Positions 16,112 to 25,164 of a stretch of DNA of 64,000 nucleotides are shown here, one piece after another. Position numbers and translations under genes: made by a program. Source of the DNA: an uncultured Myxococcales bacterium. GTDB lineage: Bacteria; Myxococcota_A; UBA9042. Position 1 is the first letter of the stretch. Every line of letters starts with the position of its first letter. The stretch covers positions 72,474 to 136,473 of the forward strand of contig CAIYWC010000189.1 of assembly GCA_903929795.1 (NCBI GenBank), written 5' to 3'. The notes beneath the pieces are model-generated. The model did no database searches. It saw nothing but the letters and a program-made list of their open reading frames with translations, and was not told the DNA's origin.

Positions 16112-16690
16112 ATGGCGATTCCCACAGGTCCCGCGGGGCGCGGCAAGCCCAGAAAGCCCCAGCCGATGCCGGAAGAAACGCGTCCGCCGGTGAGCTCGAC
16201 AGCGCGGCGGACGACGGACCGCCTGAGCCCGGAAGACCTCGCGCGCGCACGCGCGGCGGCTGAGCGCGCGGAGGCCCGTGGCCTGCAAGACCGCGCGCCG
16301 ACGGACTTTTCCGCCCGGCAGGACGCCGTCTCGCCAGCCGTGATGACGCTGACATTGGCGGATTTCTTTGACCTGTTCTACCAAAACCGCATCAGTGCGC
16401 CCGACATCACGCTGCACGAGTTGCTGCAGATGCGCGACAACGGCGACTGGCCGGAAACGTTCACCGCGGGCGATCCGCGCACGCTCTTTACCGAGGCGAT
16501 GTGCCGCCGCGGCGAATTCGTGCCGCTGGCTTGGCATGAAAGCGGCCTCTATTTCGCAACTTGCAAGGACGACGCCGCGCAAGATGAGCTGATTCGCGCG
16601 CTGGATCTGCTGGTGCGCGCCGAAGTGACGCTGTTCACCGCGACGCCGGAAGTGCTGGACGCGGCGATCGCCTGGCTGTATCGGCGGTAG
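16112..16690 (+). CDS. Hypothetical protein (Arg/Pro-rich N-terminus, helical C-terminus)
   Basis: ATG 16112. No family recognised. Confidence 0.5.
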   Translation: MAIPTGPAGRGKPRKPQPMPEETRPPVSSTARRTTDRLSPEDLARARAAAERAEARGLQDRAPTDFSARQDAVSPAVMTLTLADFFDLFYQNRISAPDITLHELLQMRDNGDWPETFTAGDPRTLFTEAMCRRGEFVPLAWHESGLYFATCKDDAAQDELIRALDLLVRAEVTLFTATPEVLDAAIAWLYRR

Positions 16691-16692
16691 CT

Positions 16693-18516
16693 TTGAAATT
16701 CCTTGTCTTTCTCGCGGTTTTCGCACCCACGTCCGTCCTCGCCGCAGCGCCGACTTCGCTCAGCCAAATCGCGATCGACCACTTGAAGGACGCTTCCGGC
16801 CTCAAGCTGACGTCGGTCGGCGATCGCACGCTGATCGCAGTTCAGGCGCCCGAGGGCGACGACAAGGGCGCGTTCTGGTACGGCGTCGACCCGGGCATGG
16901 ATGCGGCGACCGCGCGCGTGGTCTGGACAAGCCGCGTGGCATGCCCGTTGCCCACTGTCGGCGAAGTCCTGGCGACGCCAAGCTTGGTGCTCTGCCGCAC
17001 GGACCACGACGTGTTCGCGCTGGCGCCGCAAGATGGCGGTGTGCGCTGGCGTTTTCGCCACAAGAAGCCGCTCGCTCTGATGGCGACGGTGGGCGAGCGC
17101 GTGGCCGTGAATGTCGACAACGAAGAGCTGGTGGTGCTCGAGCTCGCGACGGGCCGCGTGCTGCGGCGTTTCGCTTTGCTGGGCGCGCCGTTGCAGGCCG
17201 TGGGTGAGTCGCCCAACGGGCCGCTGGCGCTAATTGTCGCGAAAGCCGCGGACGGCGCGCCCGCCGGTCAGACCCATGAGATCGTCGCGCAGCCGTTGTC
17301 CGAAGCCGCCAGCACGACCAACGCCCAGCTGGAACCGCTGGCGCCGCTGTGGCGTACGCCGTTTGGCGGCGCGGATTACCGCTTGGTGCCAAGCCAAACG
17401 ACGGTCGTGGCGACGCCAGTGCCGGGCGTTATCGATGCCCGCGACCTGGCGACCGGCAAAGTGCTGTGGGCCGAGCCGGTGCCGCTGCTGCCGACGCTGG
17501 AGCCGCTGACGGACGGGCTGGCGGTCGGCGGGATTCGTCCGGACGGCCTGCGCTGGGTCGGCATCGCGAATACCGGCACGAAAATAACGGTTTGGCGGCG
17601 CGCATGGCCGTTTGGCGCGCTGCATGGCGTGGGCCTGGACAACGGCCACGTCGTCTTCCTGGGCGATGGCGGCTGGCTGGTGGCGCGCGCCAAGGACGGT
17701 CAACTGGAAGCGACGGGCGAGGTCAGCGATGCCGGCGAAGTGATCGCGGTTCAGGCGGCCGACCACGTGCTGACGCTGCTGACTTCGCAAGGTCGGGCCG
17801 GGGCGACGTGGCAGCAGGTCGCGCTCAGCCCGACCGAGGCGCCGCCCCCGCTGCCACCGCCGCCGCCGGTCGATTGGTTGGCCGCCGGGCGGCAGCTGCA
17901 ATTCCTGGACTTTCCGCACGGCGGACGCGATCCCAGGACGCTGTTGCCCGGCGACGGCGCGATGCTGGCGGTGACGGTGTGGCCGTTGAAGTCGGCCCAA
18001 GGCTGGGCGTTTGAATTCCGCCGCCAGGACGCCAAGGGCGAGGGCCAAAATGGCACGCGAACGATGACTGCGGAGGCCTTGGAGTCGGCGGCGCGCTTCG
18101 ATCTCGACTTGGCAGCGGCGGGTGCGGCGGTGGCGAATCGGACGGCGCTGCGCCTGAGCAAGGGGCTGTGGCGCGCGCTGCTGGACACGGGCCGGGCCGA
18201 GCTGACGCTGGACGGCGCGCAGCTGGCGCTGCACCTGGACGGATTGGCCTCGACTCGTCTGCAAGTACGTGATGAAGCTGGCGTTTTTCATTGGGCCGAC
18301 GTGGACGTCCAGGTCGCCAGCAATGAGGACGGCAGCGTACGGCTGTGGCTGCTGCCCTATGGCGACGCCGCGATCGCAGCGCGCGCGGAGCTGCCGCATC
18401 TCACGTGGGCGCTGATGAGCGTGGACTGGCGCCCGCACGGGGCTGCGGAGCCGACGAGTGCCGACGGCAATGCGCCACCGAAGTCCAAGAAACTGAAACT
18501 TCACAAGAAAAATTGA
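16693..18516 (+). CDS. Secreted PQQ-like beta-propeller repeat protein (hypothetical)
   Basis: TTG start 2 nt after the upstream stop. Signal peptide MKFLVFLAVFAPTSVLA|AAP. Repeated D..TG..LW/RW motifs. A PPPLPPPPP linker. Confidence 0.6.
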   Translation: MKFLVFLAVFAPTSVLAAAPTSLSQIAIDHLKDASGLKLTSVGDRTLIAVQAPEGDDKGAFWYGVDPGMDAATARVVWTSRVACPLPTVGEVLATPSLVLCRTDHDVFALAPQDGGVRWRFRHKKPLALMATVGERVAVNVDNEELVVLELATGRVLRRFALLGAPLQAVGESPNGPLALIVAKAADGAPAGQTHEIVAQPLSEAASTTNAQLEPLAPLWRTPFGGADYRLVPSQTTVVATPVPGVIDARDLATGKVLWAEPVPLLPTLEPLTDGLAVGGIRPDGLRWVGIANTGTKITVWRRAWPFGALHGVGLDNGHVVFLGDGGWLVARAKDGQLEATGEVSDAGEVIAVQAADHVLTLLTSQGRAGATWQQVALSPTEAPPPLPPPPPVDWLAAGRQLQFLDFPHGGRDPRTLLPGDGAMLAVTVWPLKSAQGWAFEFRRQDAKGEGQNGTRTMTAEALESAARFDLDLAAAGAAVANRTALRLSKGLWRALLDTGRAELTLDGAQLALHLDGLASTRLQVRDEAGVFHWADVDVQVASNEDGSVRLWLLPYGDAAIAARAELPHLTWALMSVDWRPHGAAEPTSADGNAPPKSKKLKLHKKN

Positions 18517-18530
18517 CCCAGGAGATCCCG

Positions 18531-19109
18531 ATGGCAGCTGCCAAACCAACCAAGCCTCGCGAGCCAGACGCGCCGACGATCGGTGCCTGGCTGAGCGCGC
18601 ACGTGACGCAGGACGCGCGCGCGCTGGCCTGGTTTGACCACGCCGGCGCGGAGGACCGCATCGCGCGGGCCTATCGCCAGCTGTTGGCGGGCTATGACAA
18701 GGACCCGGCGGCGGTGCTGAAGACGACGCGCAAGGTCGACGGTGAGCACCATGGCCACGTGACGGTGCGGGACATCAACTATTTTTCGATCTGCGCGCAC
18801 CATTTTTTGCCGTTTTTCGGCCAGGCGGCGATCTCGTATGTGCCGGGCGACCGCATCATCGGCTTGGGCAAGCTGCCGCGGCTGGTGCAAATCTACGCGC
18901 AGCGGTTCCAGATTCAGGAGGATCTGGTCAAGGAGATTGCGGAGGCCATGATGGCCCATGGCGGCGCGCGCGGCGTGCTCGTGACCGCAAACGGCCGCCA
19001 CATGTGCATGTGCAGCCGCGGGCCATCGGACCAGACGGCGGTGACGGACACGTCGTATTCGCTGGGCAGCTTGCGGGGCATCACACGCCACGCGGATGTG
19101 CGGGTATGA
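18531..19109 (+). CDS. folE: GTP cyclohydrolase I
   Basis: Motifs CAHHFLPFFG and the His/Cys zinc site ...GRHMCMCSRG. Confidence 0.9.
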   Translation: MAAAKPTKPREPDAPTIGAWLSAHVTQDARALAWFDHAGAEDRIARAYRQLLAGYDKDPAAVLKTTRKVDGEHHGHVTVRDINYFSICAHHFLPFFGQAAISYVPGDRIIGLGKLPRLVQIYAQRFQIQEDLVKEIAEAMMAHGGARGVLVTANGRHMCMCSRGPSDQTAVTDTSYSLGSLRGITRHADVRV

Positions 19110-19921
19110 AGCGCACGCTGCTGATCGCGGCGTTCTTGGCCGCCTGCAAGTCGCAGCCGACGGCGCTCGTGGCGTTCGCCGACCGCGCAAACAACACGAC
19201 CAAGCTCGACGTGGCGGTAGAGTCCGGCAAGGTCCACGCGGAGGCCGTGACCGTCTATGAGCCGTATGAGCTGCGCGACGTGACGTTTCGCGGCGTGCCG
19301 GCGCAGGCGGTGCTCGACAGCGCGTACGGTGAAAAATGGCGAAAATCTGAAGTGATTTCGCTGGTTGCACTGGACGGATACACGACGACCGTGCCTGTCA
19401 GCCGCCTGCTGGCGCACAAGGCCTGGTTCGCGTTTGCCCGGACCGACCGTACGGATTTCGTGCTGGACAAGAAAGTGCCCAAGGCGGAGACCGTCGCCAT
19501 CGCGCCGGTGTACCTGGTGTGGGACAGCGTCCACGACGCCGCGATTCGCGCGGAGGGCGACTACGGCTGGCCGTACCAGCTCGCCAGCGTCAGGCTGACC
19601 ACGTTTGCCCAAGCCTTTCCCGGTCTTGCGCCGCCGGAGCACGGCACGTCGGAGGCCGCGGAGGGCTTTGCGCTCTTCACGCGCTACTGCGCGACCTGCC
19701 ATAGCCTCGACGGGCACGGCGGCAAGGTCGGTCCGGAGCTGAATGCGCCGCACAACGTCACCGAGTACTGGCAGCCGCAGTGGCTGCACCAGTGGATCGA
19801 TAATCCGCAGTCAATTCGCAAAGGTACAGCCATGCCGGGGATGCCGGCGCAGGTGCCACAGCGGCAAAAAGCCATCGCCGCCGTGATCGCCTACCTACAG
19901 GCGATGACTCACGGGCCGTAG
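19106..19921 (+). CDS. c-type cytochrome lipoprotein (CATCH haem-binding motif)
   Basis: ATG overlaps the folE stop (ATGA). Lipobox LAAC. A single CxxCH with Met ligand region TAMPGMP. Confidence 0.8.
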   Translation: MKRTLLIAAFLAACKSQPTALVAFADRANNTTKLDVAVESGKVHAEAVTVYEPYELRDVTFRGVPAQAVLDSAYGEKWRKSEVISLVALDGYTTTVPVSRLLAHKAWFAFARTDRTDFVLDKKVPKAETVAIAPVYLVWDSVHDAAIRAEGDYGWPYQLASVRLTTFAQAFPGLAPPEHGTSEAAEGFALFTRYCATCHSLDGHGGKVGPELNAPHNVTEYWQPQWLHQWIDNPQSIRKGTAMPGMPAQVPQRQKAIAAVIAYLQAMTHGP

Positions 19922-20596
19922 CGGCAGCTGCCACGCGTCCATCGGCGCGCGCCACACCGCGAATGCGAGAAAAACCCCGTAATACAAGGTGTTCGGCACA
20001 AGCCGCAGCGCGTAGCCGGCCTCCTGGCCCGCCGCCGTCCCGTCCAAAATGAGCATATCGGCCAGCGGCCACAGCGCGTACTGGGCCATCTCGAAATACG
20101 TCAGCTCATACAGCCACTTCCGCGTCATGAGCGGCACCTTCGCCAGACGCCGCGGCAGGACCGCCCCGCGCCACAGGATCGCAAGCGCCAAAAAGAGCAG
20201 CTCGTACACGACAAAAGTGTGGCGCGGCGTTGGGAAGCCCAGCGGGAAAATCGCGATCGCCGCGGCTTGCGCAACCGGCACGATGAGCGCAAAGCCCAGC
20301 GATGCCAGCCATGCCCGCCGTCCCGGGGCGCGAAACTGCTCCGTCAGCAGGAAGAAGCGCCAGTCGCCCAGCACCACGAATGCGATCGCCAGCGGCTGGT
20401 TGAGCGGCGACGTGGACGGCAGCGGGTTCCACGCGCCGGTCAGGAGGTTGTCGAGGCACAACTGCAGCGCGAACACTGTCAGCATCGTCCGCAGCCAGCC
20501 CGTGGGCCGGTTGCCAAGCCACAGCAGCGTCGCCGCGGTCAGCAGCGTGCCGGCGATCGGCTGGTTGAATGGGCCGTCGTACAGGTGCTGCCACAT
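19895..20596 (-). CDS. Hypothetical integral membrane protein (about 6 TM)
   Basis: Hydrophobic throughout. Overlaps the cytochrome c gene's 3' end by 27 nt (convergent). Confidence 0.5.
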   Translation of the reverse strand: MWQHLYDGPFNQPIAGTLLTAATLLWLGNRPTGWLRTMLTVFALQLCLDNLLTGAWNPLPSTSPLNQPLAIAFVVLGDWRFFLLTEQFRAPGRRAWLASLGFALIVPVAQAAAIAIFPLGFPTPRHTFVVYELLFLALAILWRGAVLPRRLAKVPLMTRKWLYELTYFEMAQYALWPLADMLILDGTAAGQEAGYALRLVPNTLYYGVFLAFAVWRAPMDAWQLPLRPVSHRL

Positions 20597-20599
20597 GCG

Positions 20600-22033
20600 T
20601 CACGCGTCCAGTTTGCGCGTCAACAGCGCGGAGATCGCCTTGGCATCGGCCTTGCCGGCCAGCTGGCGCATGACCTGCCCGACAAAGAAACCGCTCAGCT
20701 GCTTTTGCCCCGCGCGGTACTTGGCGACTTCGCTGGGGAATTTCGCCAGCACCGCATCCACGACCGGCTCAAGCACGCCGTCGTCGCGCACCACCGCACC
20801 CGCCTGCGCCTCTGCGTGCGCGAGCGCGTCCGCCAGCCCGCGCGCGGTGTCGGCAAAGGCCAGTTGGAGCAGCTCCGCCAACATCTGGTTGGACAGCTGC
20901 CCGGCGCGCCACTTGCCGCAAATCCGCAGCAAATCCGCCATGGCCGCGGCCAGTTCCGGCCACGGGCGCTCATGGCGCTGCAGTTGAGCTTGGACCTGTG
21001 TCATCAGGAATGCGGCAAAAGCAGCCGCCAGCGCAGGCGAATCCGCGATCGCGCGGTCAAAAGCGTCGGCGCGCGGCGGCTCTTCCGCCAGCCAGTTGGA
21101 CGTCCGCGTCTCCAGAGAAAATTCCTGTTGATACCGAATCTTGCGCGCCGCCGGAAGCTCCGGCAGATCCACGCTTTGGGCGTCCAGCCACGCGTCGTCC
21201 AGCTGCAGCGGCGGCAGGTCCGGGTCGGGAAAATACCGGTAGTCCGCGGCCTCTTCCTTGGAGCGCATCGACTCGGTGCGCGCCAAATCCATGCTCCAGA
21301 GCCGGGTTTCCTGCCGGACCCGCTCGCCGTCGGCGATCACGCCCACCTGCCGGTCAACTTCGTACACGATCGCTTCGCGCACGCTGCGAAACGAGTTCAT
21401 GTTCTTGATTTCGACCCGCGTGCCCAACGCCGTCTGGCCGACCGGCCGCACGGAGACGTTGGCGTCGCAGCGCAAGGAGCCTTCCTCCATGTTGCCGTCG
21501 CAGACGCCCAGCGTCATCAGAATTCCCCGCAATTCCCGGAGGTACGCGACGGCCTCGTCCGCAGTGCGCAGGTCGGGATGGCCGACAATCTCGATGAGCG
21601 GCGTCCCCGCCCGGTTCAGGTCGACGCGGGTGCCAGCGTCGCCGTGGCTCGACTTGCCCGCGTCCTCTTCCAGATGAATCCGCTGAATGCGTGCGACCTT
21701 GCCATCGTCCAGGGTCAGCTGACCGTCCAGACAAATCGGCAGCTCGGCTTGGGTGATCTGGTAGCCTTTGGGCAGGTCCGGGTAGAAATAGTTCTTGCGG
21801 GCAAAAACCGACATTCGCTGGATCGCACACTGCGTGCCCAAACCCGCGCGCACGGCCAGCCGGACCACTTCCGCATTCAGCACCGGCAGCGCGCCGGGCA
21901 AGCCGAGGCAGACCGGACACGTGCGCGCATTGGGTGGCCCGCCGACCGCGACGGCACAGCCGCAGAAGATCTTGGTGCGCGTCAGCAGTTGCGCGTGGAC
22001 TTCCAGGCCGATGATCGCCTCGAACGCGCTCAT
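20600..22033 (-). CDS. gatB: Asp-tRNA(Asn)/Glu-tRNA(Gln) amidotransferase subunit B
   Basis: MSAFEAIIGLEVHAQL..KIFCGC start at 22033 with GGAGG upstream. C-terminal YqeY-like tail. The longer ORF start at 22345 was rejected. Confidence 0.92.
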   Translation of the reverse strand: MSAFEAIIGLEVHAQLLTRTKIFCGCAVAVGGPPNARTCPVCLGLPGALPVLNAEVVRLAVRAGLGTQCAIQRMSVFARKNYFYPDLPKGYQITQAELPICLDGQLTLDDGKVARIQRIHLEEDAGKSSHGDAGTRVDLNRAGTPLIEIVGHPDLRTADEAVAYLRELRGILMTLGVCDGNMEEGSLRCDANVSVRPVGQTALGTRVEIKNMNSFRSVREAIVYEVDRQVGVIADGERVRQETRLWSMDLARTESMRSKEEAADYRYFPDPDLPPLQLDDAWLDAQSVDLPELPAARKIRYQQEFSLETRTSNWLAEEPPRADAFDRAIADSPALAAAFAAFLMTQVQAQLQRHERPWPELAAAMADLLRICGKWRAGQLSNQMLAELLQLAFADTARGLADALAHAEAQAGAVVRDDGVLEPVVDAVLAKFPSEVAKYRAGQKQLSGFFVGQVMRQLAGKADAKAISALLTRKLDA

Positions 22034-23412
22034 GTGGCCTCCGGGGCAAAAGCGCGCTGCAGCACGTCGCCGACCGCCAGGATCATCGCTTCCTGGAACG
22101 GCTGGCCGACCAGCTGCGCGCCAATCGGCAGCTGCTGGGCATCCACGCCGACCGGCACCGACAACGCCGGCAAACCCGCCAGGCTCGGACCGACGGTGAA
22201 CGCGTCCATCAAGTACATCGCCAGCGGGTCCGCGGTCATCTGGCCCAGCAGCCAAGGCGGCACCGGCGACGTGGGCCCCAGCAGCACGTCGCACGATCGC
22301 CAGGCTGTCTGGAAATCCTCTGCGATCTTGCGGCGTACGCGGCATGCCTTCTGGTAAAACGCGTCCTGGAAGCCGGCCGACAGCGCGAATGTACCCAACA
22401 GGATGCGCCGCTGCACTTCACGCCCCAGGGACGCCGCGCGGCTGTGTGTATAGAGCGCGTCCAGGGTCGCCGGGTTTGGCGCACGCGCGCCATAGCGCAG
22501 GCCGTCGTAGCGGGACAGGTTGGCCGACGCCTCCGCCGTCGCGACCAGGTAATACGCCGCGATGCCATGGCGCGTGTGCGGCAGCGAGATGGGCACCAGC
22601 ACGGCCCCACGCGCGCGCAGGGCGTCCAGCGCGGCGTGAATGCGCGCCTGGATCTGGCTGTCCAGGCCGACGGCGTCATCCAGGTGCTCGCGCGCCACGC
22701 CCACGCGCAGGCCGGCAAGGTCGTCGCGCCACTGTACGGGCTGTACCGGCTGAACCGCCGAAGTCGCGTCCAACGCATCGTGACCGGCAAGCACGGCGTA
22801 GACCCGCGCCACGTCGCGCACGGTTTTCGCCAGCGGCCCGACCTGGTCGAGTGAGGACGCGTAGGCCACCACGCCCGAACGCGAGACGCGGCCGTAAGTC
22901 GGCTTGAGGCCTGCGAGACCGCAGAATGCCGCTGGCTGGCGAATCGAGCCTCCCGTGTCCGTACCCAGCGCCGCCCACGCCATGTCGGCTGCGATCGCCG
23001 CTGCTGAACCGCCGGAGCTGCCACCGGGCACGCGCGCCAAGTCCAGCGGATTGCGGGTCGGCGCGAAGCCGGAGAGCTCCGTGGACGACCCCATGCCAAA
23101 CTCGTCCAGGTTCGTCTTGCCGATCAGCACCGCGCCCGCCGCCAGCAGCCGCGTCACGACGGTCGCATCGCGCGCCGGCACGTAGCCCGCCAGCATCCGC
23201 GAGCCGGCTGTCAGCGGCTGGCCAGCCACGGCGATGTTGTCCTTGACCGCGATCGTCAGGCCGTGCAGCGGCGCGGACCCGTCCGCTCGCGCATCCAGCC
23301 AGGCCGCCCGTTGGCGCGCCCCGGCGGCATCGACATGCAGGAACGCGGCAACTTCGCCGTCGCGCGCGGCAATCTGCGCCAGGCAGGCCTCGACATGCGC
23401 GGTCGCGGTCAT
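22030..23412 (-). CDS. gatA: Glutamyl-tRNA(Gln) amidotransferase subunit A (amidase signature)
   Basis: Amidase motifs GGSSGGSAAAIA and ...GTDTGGSIRQPA. Overlaps the gatB start (ATGA). Confidence 0.92.
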   Translation of the reverse strand: MTATAHVEACLAQIAARDGEVAAFLHVDAAGARQRAAWLDARADGSAPLHGLTIAVKDNIAVAGQPLTAGSRMLAGYVPARDATVVTRLLAAGAVLIGKTNLDEFGMGSSTELSGFAPTRNPLDLARVPGGSSGGSAAAIAADMAWAALGTDTGGSIRQPAAFCGLAGLKPTYGRVSRSGVVAYASSLDQVGPLAKTVRDVARVYAVLAGHDALDATSAVQPVQPVQWRDDLAGLRVGVAREHLDDAVGLDSQIQARIHAALDALRARGAVLVPISLPHTRHGIAAYYLVATAEASANLSRYDGLRYGARAPNPATLDALYTHSRAASLGREVQRRILLGTFALSAGFQDAFYQKACRVRRKIAEDFQTAWRSCDVLLGPTSPVPPWLLGQMTADPLAMYLMDAFTVGPSLAGLPALSVPVGVDAQQLPIGAQLVGQPFQEAMILAVGDVLQRAFAPEAT

Positions 23413-23702
23413 CCGATCACCCGCGGCGTCAGAAAACAGCCATCCAGCTGCGCGGGCGCGTTCGCGAGGGCCTCCGCTTGGCTCAAGCCCGGTTGCGGCA
23501 CGTCAGGTCGCGTCATCAGGCCCTGTTCATGGGGGTGCACCAAGGGCGCCACGTCCGTCACGTCGATTTCATCCAGCACTGCGACGAGCGCCAGCACACG
23601 CTCCAAATCACGGGCGAGGTCGGGCAGCTCACCGTCGGCAACAGACAGCTTCGCCAGCTTGGCGACCTGACGCACCGCCTCGACGTCGACGTGCACCGCC
23701 AT
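23409..23702 (-). CDS. gatC: Glu-tRNA(Gln) amidotransferase subunit C
   Basis: 97-aa MAVHVDVEAVRQVAKLAKL... immediately upstream of gatA, overlapping its start. The longer 183-aa ORF was rejected as an Arg-rich artefact. Confidence 0.85.
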   Translation of the reverse strand: MAVHVDVEAVRQVAKLAKLSVADGELPDLARDLERVLALVAVLDEIDVTDVAPLVHPHEQGLMTRPDVPQPGLSQAEALANAPAQLDGCFLTPRVIG

Positions 23703-25087
23703 CAGTGGGCTCCGGGCGCGATTGCGCGGCCGGCGGCGACTTCGATCGCCGAGGTCAGCTCCGCGCGAATGCGGTCGCGCGCCTGCGGGGACGTCGCTTC
23801 GCACCGCAGCACAAGCACCGGTCCCGTGTTTGACGCACGCACAAGGCCCCAGCCATCGCTGAATTTCACGCGTACGCCGTCGATGTCGATGACGTCGTTG
23901 GTCGCGCGGAATTGCTCGGTCACGGCGGCGACGACGCCGAATTTGATCTCGTCCGGACATTCCAGCCGCAACTCCGGCGTCGCGAATGTCTGCGGCACAC
24001 CGGCCAGCAGGCTGGACAGCGGGCCCTCGTGACGGCTGAGGATCTCCAGCAGGCGGCAGGACGTGTAGGTCGCGTCGTCGTAGCCGAAGTATCGGTGTTT
24101 GTAGAAGATATGCCCGCTCATTTCGCCCGCCAGCAGCGCGTGCTCCTGTTTCATGCGGTCCTTGATCAGCGAATGGCCGACCCTGGACATGACCGGCCGA
24201 CCGCCGTGCGCCGCGATGTCGTCAAAAAGCGTTTGGCTGCACTTCACTTCGCCGACAATCGCCACGCCGGGCTCGACGGCCAGCAGTGCGCGCGACAGGA
24301 TAATCATCAGCTGGTCGCCCCAGAGCACGTGGCCTTGCTCGTCCAGCACGCCGATCCGGTCGCCATCGCCGTCGTACGCGATGCCCACGTCGGCGTGTTC
24401 CGCAAGCACGGCTTGGCGCAGGTCCAGCAGGTTCGCTTCCACGGTCGGATCCGGGTGGTGGTTGGGAAAGCGGCCGTCGGGCTCCGTGAATAAGCCAGTG
24501 ACCGACGCGCCCAGCCGCGCGAGGATCTGCGGCGAGATCGGCCCCGTTGGCCCGTTGCCGCAATCGACGACGACGCGCAGCTTGCGCGGCCCCAGGTCGA
24601 TGTGGCTCACCAGCCAGTCCGCATACGGCGTGTGGATGTCGACTTGCGTGACCACACCGGGCGCTGCCGCCACCGCGTAATCCGCGCTTTCCGTCAGGGC
24701 GCGCAGCTCCTGGATGTCCGCGCCATGGAGCGTGCCCAAGCCGAGCATGACCTTGCAGCCGTTATCTTCGGCCGGATTGTGGCTGCCAGTGATCATCGCG
24801 CCGCCGCCGACGCCCAGCGTGTGAACGGCGAAGTAGAGCATCGGCGTCGCGACCACGCCGATGTCGCGGACGGCGAGGCCGGTGGAAGTCAGGCCCTCGA
24901 CAAACGCGGCGTGGATGCGTGGACTGGACAGGCGCGCGTCGCGCCCCAGCGCGAACAAGGGCGGGCAGCCGCGGCGAATCGCCAGCGTACCGATCGCGCG
25001 CGCGATGGCGAAAGCGTCAGGCGAGGTCAAATCGCGGTCGGCAACGCCCCGGATGTCGTAGGCGCGGAAGATATTCGGGTTCATCAA
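23702..25087 (-). CDS. Phosphomannomutase/phosphoglucomutase (alpha-D-phosphohexomutase)
   Basis: Active-site loop TGSHNP, metal loop DGDGDR and sugar loop GEMSGH. Confidence 0.9.
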   Translation of the reverse strand: MMNPNIFRAYDIRGVADRDLTSPDAFAIARAIGTLAIRRGCPPLFALGRDARLSSPRIHAAFVEGLTSTGLAVRDIGVVATPMLYFAVHTLGVGGGAMITGSHNPAEDNGCKVMLGLGTLHGADIQELRALTESADYAVAAAPGVVTQVDIHTPYADWLVSHIDLGPRKLRVVVDCGNGPTGPISPQILARLGASVTGLFTEPDGRFPNHHPDPTVEANLLDLRQAVLAEHADVGIAYDGDGDRIGVLDEQGHVLWGDQLMIILSRALLAVEPGVAIVGEVKCSQTLFDDIAAHGGRPVMSRVGHSLIKDRMKQEHALLAGEMSGHIFYKHRYFGYDDATYTSCRLLEILSRHEGPLSSLLAGVPQTFATPELRLECPDEIKFGVVAAVTEQFRATNDVIDIDGVRVKFSDGWGLVRASNTGPVLVLRCEATSPQARDRIRAELTSAIEVAAGRAIAPGAH

Positions 25088-25164
25088 GCGTCCTGTCGGC
25101 CACGCGGCCGCGGCGCATGGTAAGTCGGCGATCGCGCTCGGGCAAGGCGATCGGCATGTTTTGT

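Noticed and set aside
20219-22357. 712-aa plus-strand ORF
   Set aside because: Antisense to gatB/gatA, which have unambiguous conserved motifs.
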